The translations under genes were made by a program, and so were the position numbers. From Cycas panzhihuaensis (Eukaryota > Plantae > Cycadophyta), in the NCBI GenBank assembly GCA_023213395.1, contig CM041465.1, positions 133,803,741 to 133,867,740 of the forward strand: DNA of 64,000 bases. Direction: 5' to 3'. The notes beneath the pieces were generated by a model. That model was not told the origin of the DNA. It did not search any database and saw only the letters and a list, made by a program, of their open reading frames with translations. This document shows positions 11,740-25,639 of this stretch, piece after piece. The first letter of the stretch is position 1; each line of letters opens with the position of its first letter.

Positions 11740-14700
11740 GAAAGAAGCATTAATCTTGATGTGACCATGCCCTACAAAAAGATAAGAATATTATTATCAC
11801 ATAGTCTCTTTCAACTACTAATTTACTTCATTAGGTTTTATATGATTCCATTAGACCTTTATCTATTGTATGGCTTTGTTCCATGACATCTTTACCCTTT
11901 GATCCAATATTTATATGGGTTGGACCTAGAATTGTAGTCCAGGTCTAGCCTGAATAATTAACCAATCAATAATATGATTAGGATCATGCACATATCTATT
12001 TAATAATATTTGATTCTAGATGGTTAGAAGTGCTAAAGTTGAGATTAATCCTCATTGATTTGAATAATACCTACCAAAACTTAGATGTAAACTTTGTATC
12101 TCTATCTAAAATTGTTACTTTTAATATTTTATGTTGTCATACTATATTATTCATAAAGATTTCTACTATATTAGTCACTTTGTGTGTTGACTACATATGA
12201 AAGTATATTGATTTCATCAACTTGTCCATTATTACCATAACTGAATGATTATTCTTTATACTTTTAGAAAGACATATAATGAAATCTGTGGAAATTACCT
12301 CTTATTTCTATTTTCAAATTTCTAAAAGTCATAATAATCTTGTAGATGTTGATGTCTTACCTTAACCTTTTGATATTATAAATAATAAGCAATATAACCC
12401 CATACATTCTTCTTTATACCTAGCTAAAAGAAATCATTCTTTATAGTTAAAAGAGTATTTTAGTATCTTGAATGACATATATAAGGAATATTATGAAATT
12501 AATCCATAATTAATGTTAACATTGAAATATCATTTAAAACATAGATTCAATGTTAGAACATAAAGAGTCCATCATCTAAAATATGATAGTCCCTATACTT
12601 ACATGCCAACCTTTCATCAACTTGCTCATTTAGGGACTGACTATTGAAAAATCCTTTTACCTATCTATACTAGACATCATTAAGTAATTTTTATATGATG
12701 GTACATTTTAAGTGTCATTGGGTAATATTGATGGTAGTAACATAAACTAATCTCAAACTAAGTTGAGCTAGGTTAGTCAAAGCAATATGTTTTTTATAAT
12801 TTAACACATCTACAACCTTATTTTCCTTTCTCTTTATATGCTTTATATCAAAGTTATACTATGATAGGAACTCCATCCATCTTCTTTATCTCATATTCAA
12901 CCATGGCTATGTGAAGATATATCTCAAGTTATTATGGTCATATTTTTAACTCAAATTTCTTTATTTAAAGGTAATATCTTCACATTTTTAATGCATGCAC
13001 CACTACAACCAACTCTAAATTATGTTCTAGATAATTTATTTTATGATAATTTAGCTTTCATAACTCATAAGAAATTACCTTATCATTTTGCACAAGAACT
13101 ACACTAATTTCTTTTATACAAGCATTGGTACAAATGTCAAAATGTGCATTAGGATATGGAAATATATGAATATGTGAAGATGTGGGTAAAACCTTAAGCT
13201 TTTATAATCTTTTCTCACATTTGACAATGCACTCAAACTTTTTATCCTTTTTCTATAATAAAATAATTAGACATGTAATTTTAGAAAACCATTTAACATT
13301 CTTTTGATAATAATTTATAAACCTATAAAGCTTCTTACTTCAAACACATTCCATAGTGTATCCCACTTAATGATAGCCTTAACCTTTTATGGATTAATAA
13401 AGATTTCTTTTTTTGATATAACATGACCTAGATAATGTATGTTTTCTTGATATAACTCATATTTACTGAACTTAGCATATAACTTATTCTTTCTTGATAG
13501 TTGTAATACCCTCCTCAAGTGTTCCTTATATTCTTGTTTTTACTTAGAATAAATTAGAATATCATTGAAAAAAGCTATAGTAAATTTATCTAAATATTGA
13601 AAAAACACACTATTAATCAAACACATGATTGTAGTATGAGCATTCATCAAGCTAAATGATAATACCATAAATTCATAATGCCCATACCTAGCTTAAAATG
13701 TTGTCTTATATATGTCCTCTTGATTCAAATTTAATTATAAATTGACCTCAAGTCAATTTTAGAGAATAACTTGGTTCATTTCATTTGGTCAAACAAATCA
13801 TTGATCCTTATTAAAGGATATTTGTTCTTTATCATCACCTTATTTAGTTATATGTAGTTAGTACATAATTGTAATGTTCTATCCTTTTTTTTTATGAATA
13901 AAATAAGTGCTCCCTATGGTGACACACTTGGTCAAATAAAGTCTTTATCTTATAACTGTATCTTTAGTTTTAATAATTATGATATAGATGTATAGTATGG
14001 TGCTCTAGAAATAGGTTATGCTTCTAGAATTAATTTAATAACAAAAGCCATGTGTCTTTTAGGTAGTAATCTGGGAAGTTCTTCTATAAATACATCAAAG
14101 AACTCTTGTAATACTGGATAGTTTTCCATCTTAGGTCCCCTTAGGCCATCTTCATTGCTAATAAAGGCTACATAAACTTAATAACCTTTTCATAAACTCT
14201 TCTTAACTTACATGACTAAAATCTATCCAATAGAGATAATTAGCTTTTCCCTTGAGATGATCCCAAGATATCCTTTATCATCCACACACTCTACAAATTT
14301 ATTATAATAGTCAATTTTACCTCAATGTCCTTCTAACCAATTATGTTTAATTATAGAATTATAGTCCCCAAATGGTAATACTTGAAATGATACATAACTA
14401 TTCCATCCTTCCTATTACAATTCTGAGTTTAAGATGAATTTGGTCACTATCTTCTTACTTCCATTTGTCATAAGAACAACCTATATGTTGTCATATTTAT
14501 TGAGCTTGAATTTACACCTCCCCATAATTCTAGATGATATAAAATTATGATTGCTACCTAAATCAATCCATATAGAAATTATTTACTTAGATATTTTACC
14601 TTATATCTATACCATGGTAGAATGGTGATCTGCCTGTTAACCATCCACCATTGCATACACTTACATTGGCCCCCTCTCCATGACTATATGCATCATTATT

Positions 14701-14848
14701 GGTTATATTGCCATGTTGTAGGATCTACCTCATACATTTCCCCTCTTTAAACACTATCATGTATAATATCCTTTTTCACTACATTGAAAATAAATATTGT
14801 AAGGGATGTCTCTAGGAAAATTTTCATAGGCATGATTAGATCTTTGCA
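11740..14848 (-). pseudogene. pol: decayed gag-end/pol of element A (Zn knuckle, protease, RT, RNase H, integrase, chromodomain)
   Basis: minus-strand remnants FQCSEKG (~14780), PSVSP.GA.ILFIKKKD (~13880-13930), KNKYPL (~13820), integrase region ~12000-12400; no long ORF survives. Confidence 0.75.
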
Positions 14849-15139
14849 TGAAGTGATCCTAAATTAGATGTACTTCCATAAAGATAAAGAAAATTGAAAT
14901 GAAAGCTGCATAGAAGCTCTTAAGAGCCAAATGGTTAGAAGACCCTAAATTGATTAACTCATAAAGATGATTTACAAGTGAATAATAATTCTCTATTTAT
15001 AGGTGTTAACTATCTTTAAAAAATCAACTTTTTAATAATAAAACCAACTTATAATAGGATACCTATAGCCTAATAATATTTGAGACCAAGTTTTAATAAA
15101 TAATTTTATCAATTCCTATAATTGCCTTGGATCATGACA
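14849..15139 (-). repeat. 3' LTR of B
   Basis: direct repeat of 27192-27490; TG...CA ends. Confidence 0.92.
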
Positions 15140-15159
15140 AGTCCCTTCCCTTAGAAAAC

Positions 15160-18100
15160 TCGCTTTGCCCATAAAGAGTAGGTAATGATGGGTGATCTAG
15201 AATGAATTTTTTATTTTTCTAAGTTGCCTCTTGTCATGGTATCTCTTTCTATTTAATCAAGTGTTCTATAATGTTTCATGATCTGAGTTTATACTAGTGG
15301 GTATCCATAAAGGCTTCAGATCCTATCATGAGCCTCTCCTATGTGATACCCTACTTTTTCTTTAAGATTAGACACATGAAGTGCATCATGAATCCTACTT
15401 CCTTTTGGTCAATCAAGGGCATAAGCCACTTTTCCAAACCTTCTCTAAATTTTATATGGGCCATAAAATTTTGGTGTAGTTTATATTTACTTTGTAGTTT
15501 GAGGGAGGTTTATTTATATGGTTATAGTTTTATATAAATCCAACTTCCTTCCTTCAATTATCTTATTCCTTATGATGTCATAGTTTTTCTTGAGTTCTTC
15601 TAAAATTCTTTTAGATTATATTATCAGTTTCGCTGCCACCAGTATTTTTGCTAAATTCTAAATGTAGTCCACTAGGATAGAGGGAAAATAACCATATCAT
15701 GCCATGAAAGGTATTATTTTAATGGATGTGTGGTAACTAGTGTTATACTAATATTCAAGTAAGTGAATCCCTTTTACCTGCATAGACTAGTTATCTCTAG
15801 CATAACAATGTAGGTATGTTTTTAAAACTTTATGAACTACTTTGGTTTTTCCATCTATTTGGAAATGGTATGCTATGCTCATAGTGAGTTGGGTCCCTGT
15901 TAATTTGAATAAGTCCTTCCAAAAATAACTTATGCATTTAGGATCCCTATCACTGACTATTTTTTTAGGAAACCCATGTAATCTATGAATGTTCTCCATG
16001 AATATTTTAGCTATTTAAGATGCCTTATAAGACAATCAAATAGGAATAAAATGTGTATATTTTATTAACTGATCAACTAATACAAATAATATATCTTTTG
16101 TTCCTAATTTTATAAGGTTAGTTATAAAGTCTATAGAATTTTCTTCCCATTTTTTCTTGGGTCAATCTAAGGGTTATAACATTCTTAGAGTTTATACTAA
16201 TTTTACATTTTATCTCTATTAAGTCTCATACTCTGGAAGAAACTTCTTTATGTCATCCTTCATCCCTCCCTAATAAAATTATTTCCTTATCCTATCATAG
16301 GTCTTAAGGAACCCTTAGTACTTAACTATAGGTGAATCATGATGCTTTTTGAGAATTACCTCCTTAAACTATAATTTTATAGGTAAGTAGATCCTATTCT
16401 TATAAAGAAAGGTATTGCCTTTTTTTGTCTAAGGAGTCTCTCCTAGTTCTTTAGGACTTTTGTCTATGATGGCCTTCACTTCTTTATCTTGTGAGCATTC
16501 TTGGTGTAGTTCCTCAAGCCATGTAGGCTTAACTATTATGATGACAAAGCATTTAAGGTCTTTAAATTTCCTTGATAATGTGCCCATGAGAATGCTCTCT
16601 TTTCCTTTCTTATATGAGATTTCAAAGTCATAGTCTTGGATCTTATTGACCTATTTTTGTTATTCCTTAGATAAGTTTTGTTATGTTAAGGAATACTTTA
16701 TGCTATGGTGGTCTATCCTAGTAATAAATTTTGTGCCTAATAAGTATTGTCTCTATTTTGCTAAGATATGTAGAATGGATAACATCTCCTTATTATATGT
16801 GCTCTTTTCTCTTTCTCATAGATTTAATTTTTGGCTCTTATATGCAATAGGGTGTCTATTTTGTAGTCGAGTTATTCTTATTCTTGTGCCTGATGCATCA
16901 TATTCCACTATAAATGGTAGAGAGAAATTGGCCATAACTAAGACTAGTATCATGGTAATCACCTCTTTTAATTTCTCAAAACTTGAGTCATCATTCTTAT
17001 CTTAATTAAAGTTATCCTTCTTAGTAAGGTCAACAAGGATTCATACTATATCAATATATCCTTTAATTAACTTTTGATAACATCTTATGATTCTTAAAAA
17101 TTCTTTAAGTTTTGACATATTTTTTAGTATAGGCCAATTAACCATAGCCTATATTTTTACAAGATCAATTTTGATTCCATCTTCTAAAATGATATACTTG
17201 AGATATTTAAGGATCCTTATTCCAAAATAACACTTTGATCTCTTTACAAAACAATGATTATCTCAAAGGACCTAAAATATTTTTTGGATGCATTCTAAAT
17301 ATTCCTACTATATCTTACTATAGATAAGAATATTACTAAAGAAGACCATAATAAACCTTCTTAGAAAAGGTGCAAACACATGGTTCATATTTACTTGGAA
17401 TGTTACTGGGGCATTAGTTAACCCAAATAGTATTACCTTAAGCTCATATATCCCTTAGTATGTTTGAAAATTATTTTCTTTGTGTCTTGAGGTCAGAACA
17501 ATATTTGTTAGTATCTAGAGTGTAAATCAATTTTGAAAAAATATCTAGCCTCATGTAGTTTATCTGCAATATTATCCATGCATTGAATGGGATATTTTTT
17601 CTTTAGCATTATCCTATTTAGGGCTTTGTAATCACTGCACATTTGAAAAGACCCATCCTTTTTCTTAGTTAAGATGACTAGTGCTACATAAGGGCTCTTA
17701 CTTACTATTATGGCACTTGAATATAATAAATCTTGCATGAATCTCTTTATTTATATCTTCTACTTGTACTCATAGTGATATAGGTGAACAATAGTAGGCC
17801 TACACCCTAGTTCCAACTCAATAATATGCTCCATATTTCAACTTAGTGGTGGAGTCCTTGGTAACCCTTGGAAGATATCTTGGTAATGGTATATAAGCTT
17901 ATTTATTTCCTTCTCTTACTTTGGTAGTAGTTTGCTCTTAGGGGTCTTTACTTATATGGAGTATAACATTGTAATGAACCTAGCATGCCCTTTACGAAGT
18001 ATTTTTCCCATCCTCTATGTAGATATGACTTTTAGTTTTGAAGTATTAATACCATTTAATTGGTATTTCTTCTCCTCCTAATTAAACCTGATAAAATTTT

Positions 18101-18515
18101 CATCATGGTTTAAAGCATAGGTCCCTAACATCCTTAACCATTCAACTCCTAAGACTATATCAAAACTCCCAATGTCAAGAGTATAATAGTCTACAAACAA
18201 ATCATAATTTCCTATATATAGTCATTAGTATTTGACTTTACCCTAGTATATTAGCATAGAGCATCCATAATTTAATTGATATATAGAAGTTTAGGGGTGA
18301 CTACCTTCTATTTTCTAAGGTATCCAAAAAGTTTAATGGTATTATGTGGTGTTATCCTTAACATGGTTGATAAGGAGACCATGGACTAGCCATAATTAAA
18401 CTCCTTTGATTAGCTTATTTCTTCCTCCTCTTACTCTTCCTCCAGTCCTTACTATTATTCTATTTCTTCATCTTTAATATCCACTTTAGTGCTATATAGT
18501 TTCCTATCAACACAC
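15160..18515 (-). pseudogene. pol: decayed pol of B (protease, RT, RNase H, integrase, chromodomain)
   Basis: ORF track: LHGFPKKIVSDRDPK, KKKDGSFQMCSDYKALN, FKIDLHSRY; chromodomain PEAFMD...EHLIK*KEIP*QEAT* at ~15215-15320. Confidence 0.88.
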
Positions 18516-18520
18516 TTATG

Positions 18521-18818
18521 TGAAAAGAGTGGATCTATCCTTCATTTGCATGCACTAAACACAAAGGCAAACATGGGAGCAAGAGAGACTTAAGAGAAAG
18601 AAAGTAGCTCTCACAAAATGGAGACATAAGAATGAATCTCCTCCATTGAGCTTTTGCTTTTATATTGAGAGAGGGAGCATTAGAGTTAGGTGAAATGAAA
18701 TTACACATAATGCTCATGAAAGTGCATTTCACTTAAGTGATCTAATTTAAAGTTCACTTAAGACCTTTTTTTGAAATAATCAACTAATGTAATGACCTTA
18801 TATCATTAACCCTTTTCA
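18521..18818 (-). repeat. 3' LTR of C
   Basis: TGAAAAG...CTTTTCA, repeat of 25337-25634. Confidence 0.97.
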
Positions 18819-19269
18819 ATCTCCCCCTTAATGGTAGAAGGACATTTCATCCTATTTTATTCTATCCTATGAGGTCTTCATTTGAGCCTCTTACAAAGCA
18901 AACTACTATGACACTTTTGTGGGAAACCCTCATGGGGAAGAAAACCCACAAATTTTCTAATCTACTAACCTGGCTCAGGCAGCTCTTTAAATGTAGCTAG
19001 ATAGCTAATCAATACAATGAATTTTGTAGCTAAAATCTACTCAGTCTCCATATACCATTTGGTCATCCCCCATGCCCTTTCAGGTTTTCACAGGTTCTGA
19101 TTTTCTAAAATAATACAACCCTTATCCTTTCATACGCACATGGGATTTTCACGAATGGGATAGAGCAGAGACTTACTTTTGTCCTTTTGCACCTACAAGG
19201 GGTTTTCACGAATGAGATAGTGTATGATGGTCCTATTGTCATCTCCTTCAATTAGTCAGAGATAGAGGC

Positions 19270-22200
19270 CCTAAGGTCGAGTTTCTTTCAGAATTATTCA
19301 AACTTCATCCTCTTCAGTGGTTTGGTGAAGATATCAGCCACTTGATCTGCTGTGGGGCAGTACTCTAGTTGAATTTTGCCATCATGAACTAGTTCTCTAA
19401 TCCTGTGGACTTTTGTACTTATATGTTTGGTACGATCATAAAATATAAGATTTTTATCCATCTGGATTGTAGATTAATTATTTACATGTAAGCTTGTAGA
19501 ACTTGTTTGGGTGGCACTTAATGTATTCAACAATTTTCTAAGCCATATCACCTCCTTGCTTGTCTCAGAAGTAGCAATATACTCAGCTTCGGTAGTTGAG
19601 TCTGCAACTATCTTCCACCGTTTGGATCTCTATGATATTGGTGCTGTTCCAAGAAATGTTATGTACCTAGATGCAGATCTTCCTGTGTCTTTATCTTCGG
19701 CAAAGTCTAAGTCTATGTATGCATAAAGTTTAAATTCTGCATTGGGTTCATACAACAAACTATATTTGCTAGTCGTCTTTAGGTACCTCAACACTCGTAT
19801 TACATCTTGCCAATGATTTTGCTTAGGATTTATCATGAATCTTACAAGAATACCAATAGAGTATGCAATATCTGGCCTTGTGATGGTAGTATAGATGAGA
19901 CTACCTACAAGTTGCCTGTAGAGTGTTGCGTCTACCTCTCTATTATCACCATCAACTGAGAGTTTAATATTAGGCTCCATAGGTATATCCACTAGTCGAG
20001 CACCTTCCAATTGAAACTTTGTCAGAAGATCGTTGATATATTTTTCTTAGGAGAGAAAGATTTTGCCATCCTTTTGAGTTACTTAAATTCCCAAGTAATA
20101 TTTCATCAATCCGAGGTTAGATAATTTAAAAGTTTTAGCAAGGTCCTTCTTCATCTGGCTGATTACCTGTTCACTATTCCCCATTATGAGCATGTCATCT
20201 ATAAAGATTAAGAGGTAAGTGACTTTATCATTTTGGCACTTGATAAATAATGTTGCATCAATATCTTGATAGTCATAAACCTCATATCCAAGTTGCCTTA
20301 TTCTTTCAGACAACTTGGTAAACCAAGCATGAGGGGCTTACTTTAGGCCATACAAGGACTTTTTGAGCCTGCAAACTTTATGCTTTTGTCTGTCAATCTC
20401 ATATCCTTCTGGCTGAGCCATGTAAATTTCTTCTTTAAGGTCCCCATTAAGAAATGCGATCTTAACATCGAGTTAGTGGATTTTCCAACCCTGTTGAGTA
20501 GATAAAGGCTATAAGAGTTCTGATTGTAGGCCACTTGGTTATAAGATCAAAGATTTCAGTGTAGTCAATGCCTTCCCTTTGTGTGAATCCTTTTGCTACC
20601 AACCTCGCCTTATGTTTTTCTAGGGTGCCATATGATCTATACTTGTTTTTGAACATCTATTTATTTTGAACTACCTTTCTTCCAAGTGGTAGATCAACAA
20701 GCTCCTATGTACCATTCTTAATACGAGATTGATACTCTTCGTTCATGGTATTTCTCCAAGCTGCATGCTTTACAGCTTCTTGGTATGTTAGGGGCTCTTC
20801 ATTAAGAGCAAGATGCAGTTCTACTAGTTCAAGCTCAACGGAAAGTAATTTATGTATCCTTGCTCTATGGGCATTTCTAGTGTTAGTTTTGCCTACCTCA
20901 TCTGGTCGTATGTCCTTGTGTAGTTGGTAGGCTTCACGAAAACCTTGAGTTGGGAATGAGGTTTTCATTTCCACAACCTCTTGATCTTCATTTTGATCCT
21001 GAAAAGGATCATGTGAAATATTTAGCACAGACAAAGTTGACGATGTTGGAGAAGATGGGCTAGCCATAGATGTTGGAGAAGATGATCCTTCTGCTATGGA
21101 TTTGCTTTTGTCAACTTGGCTATTCACAAATGATGGTGCTGGACGTGTTCACATTGGCTTGGAGTCACAACTTATATCCTCTGAGGCTTTATTGTTAAAT
21201 TCTAAGATTTTAAGCAACAGTTTAGCATCTCCCCCTCTAAATTTTAGAATCTGGATATCAAATTCAGTAGCATCATTAAATCAGTATGAAGGCATCTTGG
21301 AGTCAAGTCTGAGTAATTAATCTTCAGTCTCTATAAAGATAACATCTCTAGTGATGATGATTTTGTGCTCTAAAGGTATAAAAACCTTGTATCCCTTTTT
21401 GTCTATAGGGTATCTGACAAAGATGCCTTTGATGGCTCTATCTTGGAGCTTATTTCTATGTTCCTACAAAATATGAGCATAACAAATAGAGCCAAAAATT
21501 CTAAAGTGGGAGATAGAGGGGTTTTGTCCATACCACATTTCATGTGGAGAGGGGCCGAGCTTGGAGGGACTAATAGTGTTGATGCAATATACAATAGTCT
21601 AGATAGCCTTAGCCCAAAGATAGATAGGGACATTCTTATATACCAGCGTAGCACGAGCCATATTCATGATGGTCCTATTCATGCACTCAGTAACTCTATT
21701 TTACTGGGGTATACCTGCAACAGTGGTTTGATGTTTGATTCCATGTAGACGTAGGTAAAATTTAAACTCATTAGATGTGTACTCGCCACCATTATCAGTC
21801 ATGAGTATTTTGATCTTAAATCCAGATTCATTTTCCACACGGGCCTTGAAAGCTTGAAACATAGAAAAGCTTTATCTTGCTTTGCAAGAAAAGCAACCTA
21901 TACTTTCTTGGTAAAATCATCAATAAAAGTAATATAGTACCACTTCTATTTGAGAGAAGGGATGGGCATAGGATTGCATATATCTGAGTGTACAAGCTGT
22001 AAAGGTTGGTTAGATTTCCACTGACTACGAGAAAAGGGTTGTCTTTGAGATTTAGCAATAATATACACTTCACATTTAAAGGGCTTAGAGGGGAACTTAG
22101 GCAAACCAGGAAGAGTGTCTTGTAGTTCTCTTAAACGATCAATTTTGATATGGTCTATATGAGCATGCCATAGAGCTACTTGCGACAACTTTTGAAGAGT

Positions 22201-23300
22201 CAGGGTTGTGGTAAAAATAAATTCATCATCAACATAGTTAGCTTCAGAGGATGGTGAGCCAGTTAGGCGAAAAGTTTGCCATCAAGAATTCTGGTCATAA
22301 CCATAGCATTTGAAGGAGGGTGAATGACACATAGAGTTTGATTGTTCAAAGTTACACTCAGATTAAATCCATGAGAGATAAGGGTAGACAAGGAGAGCAG
22401 ATTTTGCTTCAGAGCAGGAATATATAAAACATCAAAAAGTGTAAAATCTGGAAGGCCTGTGAGTTTTAGGCAAACAATTCCAAGTCCTTCGACTAGCCGA
22501 GATGATTTGTCAACCATGTGTACAACACCATGAACTTCAGAGTCAAAATCTTGAAAGAATTGGTGATGACAAGTCATGTGTTGTGTTGCTCCAGTATCCA
22601 TGATCCATGATGAAATATTTGAGATAGCACTATTTGTAATTCCAAGTGGTGAAGGTAAAAGTGAATAAGCATAGCCACAATGAGCCTTAATATACTTAGT
22701 GGATCTATCAACAATATTTAATGAAGTGGTCCCAATTCTTTGAAGGTGTGCATGAGCAAATTGCATTCCACCAAAAGCATCTTCAAAAGAAGTATTATCA
22801 ACATTATGTGTACCATGGCATTGTTGATAATTTGGTAGTTTATTGGTGGCAGTTCTACAATTTTTGGCATAATGTCCTTTTCTATTACACCTTTGGCACA
22901 CGATTGTTTGATTTCCAGTCTAAGTATTAGGCTAGTTAGATTATCTCTGATTACTGGATCTAGGTCCAGGTTGATTATTTTGGCCTTGACCTTGAGACTA
23001 TTTTTGTTGAAATTGAGGAGCCTGTTGAGGGAATAATCAGTGACAAGCAATATCCCTGCATGAATTTTATCATCATCAAGTTCCCATTGGAGTTTAGTTG
23101 TAGCTATAGTAGGAGCAGTTGGAGCACCTCCTGCTGAAGTAGTTGTAATAGATGTAGCTGCAACAGGTGGTGTAGGTTGTAAGTGATCTCTCCATAGACC
23201 TTAATACTTTGTAGTATTTTTGACACTAGTGAACAACATGTCCTAATTTTCTTTCCCTTTTAGAATGCAATTCACATTTTGCTTGAACTGTGAAGACATG
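19270..23300 (-). pseudogene. gag-pol: copia gag-pol of C, disrupted
   Basis: CQRCNRKGHYAKNC knuckle; WIMDTGATQHM protease; LWHAHIDH and LQLVHSDIC integrase; KARLVAKGFTQREGIDY, IFIDDMLI, YRQLVGSLIY..TRPDIAY RT; VADIFTKPL RNase H. Confidence 0.95.
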
Positions 23301-25322
23301 GTGTCTTTTTAAAAGGGAAGAAATGAATAAAGGACTATAAAAGTGATGGAAATAAATGACCGATTACTATTTACAAATGGGAAATGTAATGAAGTAGTGT
23401 AGCAGAAGGAAGAAGAAGTAGGAATGGTTGCTCAAAGATGAAGGGAGCAACTTAGAGAAAAGTCACCAACACTTGTGACAAATATTAACTTTGACGCAGG
23501 AATATGAGAAGCACTATGATAAAAATTGGCCACTAACACTTGTGGCAAATATTAACTTGACACAGTAGGAATATAAGATGCACTATGATTATGATTACAC
23601 TATGGATTACTTTTTACAAATAAGTAAGTGATTAATATACAAGATTGTAGGCCAATGTAGAAGCTAACATCATTGGGTTTACACAGCTTGAAACTCAAAT
23701 GTAGGATGTGTAATCAACCCAATAACCTCTAACTTGTGTCTAACATGTAGTTGAGGTTGTTAAAGGGATGCCTAAGCTTCTAGTAGAATTAAGTTAGCCT
23801 TCACCCGCGATACTCGCAATTATATTTGCTGATGAAATCTAAGTCACAACGGAGCCCGGTTACTCCCAATCCTCACCCAATTCACCAATGAGAAGCTATA
23901 TACCTCCTCTAAAGAGTGGTACGTGCATACCCATGACTATGATAGATATTGGATTGGGTATATTTTAATCTTGTATTAAAGTTTTAGTTTTCCTAGTTGG
24001 TTATCAGGATGATCTTTGATTGAGGCACGATGGTATGGCTAACCAAACCTCACTAATATTCTGGTTTAGTCCAGTCCCAATTTGAAACCCACACCTCCTT
24101 TATGGCACGGCATTCTGCCAACTAAGGTATCTCAACCTTAGCGAGTGTGTGAATAGGTATAAGATGGTGAAAAATAGTGTATGTGATGCGTTCCTTTTAG
24201 GAAGAGTGAAAAGATTATTGAATTGCATCAAACGTACATTTAACTAAAAATAATGCTTGCTTAGAGTGCTTTTGGAGTGCTTGCTTAAAGTATCTTTAGA
24301 GTGCTTGCTTTGAGTGATTTTAGAGTGATAAAATGCAATACTAATAAGTGAGTGAGGAAATTAGATATTACTCTGATCCAGGTGTTTTTCTCTCACTTTT
24401 ACAATGGGCTTTTAAGCCTTATGAAAAGAAGAAAGAAACTTTCTTCACTTTTTTTTTTGTTAATACAAAAAAAGTAGTCTTCACTAAATCAACAATAACT
24501 TTCTCCCATGATGTCAAAATGGAGTGTTGGTTTTTGTTCTACAAACTAGACTTAGAGCTTCATCTTCAAGAAGTGGAATTAGGTCCAAATGAGTTCTGGA
24601 AAGTTTTTAACAGCCCCGCAAAATTAGGAAATTATATTTTTCTAGAATTCTTACTAAAAACAACTACTGTTCACTAAAACAGTAATAACTTCCTCATACA
24701 ACATCCAAATTAGGTACCAATTTTTGTGTTGGAAAGTAGACTTAGAACCCCCATCTTTGAAAATTAGAATCACTTCAATTGGATATCTGTAGAAGATTTT
24801 ACAGACTTATGAAGTTCAGTAATCAAATTATATTTTTACAAAAATTTTAGCTTGCTAATATCTCATTAACACATGATACCATATAAAATTTCAATTATTT
24901 TTTGATCACCAGGATCCTAATATGGGCAAGGTGAGAGAATAAAATGATATATATTTTAAATGGCTTGAAATTCTTTAAAAAAATTGGGTAAAACCTCCCC
25001 TTACAATCATTCTTCTAAATGCTAGAAAAATTTTGGCAGCATTTCCACTTGTTAAATAGACAAAAAAGGGAAAAGAAAAAGAAGAATGAGATAGCATGAA
25101 TGATCAGCAAAGGATTGGAATCCTTGGGCCTTACAAATCCTTGTATTATGCTTCTAAACTTGCAAAAGAGAAAGGAAAAGCAAATAATACAAAATATACT
25201 ATCATAATAACTTGAAAATATTTCTAAATTCACTTTCACAATCTCCTTCACCACATGGATTATGGGGGAGAAGGAAGTGATGGCTCCATTGTAAGTACAA
25301 GTGGGGAATATAAAGGAAGCAA

Positions 25323-25334
25323 GCTCTGATACCA
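25323..25334 (-). promoter_or_regulatory. primer binding site (tRNA-iMet) of C
   Basis: gctctgatacca = reverse complement of TGGTATCAGAGC, adjacent to the 5' LTR. Confidence 0.95.
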
Positions 25335-25336
25335 CA

Positions 25337-25634
25337 TGAAAAGAGTGGATCTATCCTTCATCTCCATGCACTAAACACAAAGACAAACATGGGAGAAAGA
25401 GAGATTTGAGAGAAAGAAAGTAGCTCTCATAAAATGGGGAGGTAAGAACGAATCTCCTCCATTGAGCTTTTGATTTTATATTGAGAGAGGGAGCATTAGA
25501 GTTAGGTGAAATGAAATTACACATAATGCACATGAAAGTGTATTTCACTTAAGTGATCTAATATAAAGTTCACTTAAGACCCTTTTTTGAAATAATCAAC
25601 TAATGTAATGACCTTATGTCATTAACCCTTTTCA
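25337..25634 (-). repeat. 5' LTR of C
   Basis: repeat of 18521-18818, flanked by TSD TTATG. Confidence 0.97.
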
Positions 25635-25639
25635 TTATG

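Larger units (their letters stand above)
18521..25634 (-). mobile_element. Ty1/copia element C, two LTRs, nested in B
   Basis: 298-bp LTRs 18521-18818 and 25337-25634 (~17 differences counted, ~94%); exact TSD TTATG; perfect PBS TGGTATCAGAGC 25323-25334; PPT taagggggagat 18819-18830. Confidence 0.97.

Noticed and set aside
16646-17005. 119-aa plus-strand ORF and similar antisense ORFs (e.g. 21443-21748, 38640-38918, 42395-42709)
   Set aside because: Antisense shadows of minus-strand retroelement coding remnants
18535-18732. Duplicated 65-aa ORF (also at 25351-25548) as a paralogous small gene
   Set aside because: Both copies lie wholly inside the two LTRs of copia C
23825-23880. CTGATGA as a hammerhead ribozyme (retrozyme) core
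   Set aside because: No stem II followed by GAAA and no closing helices found
25323-25334. tRNA-Met gene
   Set aside because: Only the 12-nt PBS complement is present; no cloverleaf
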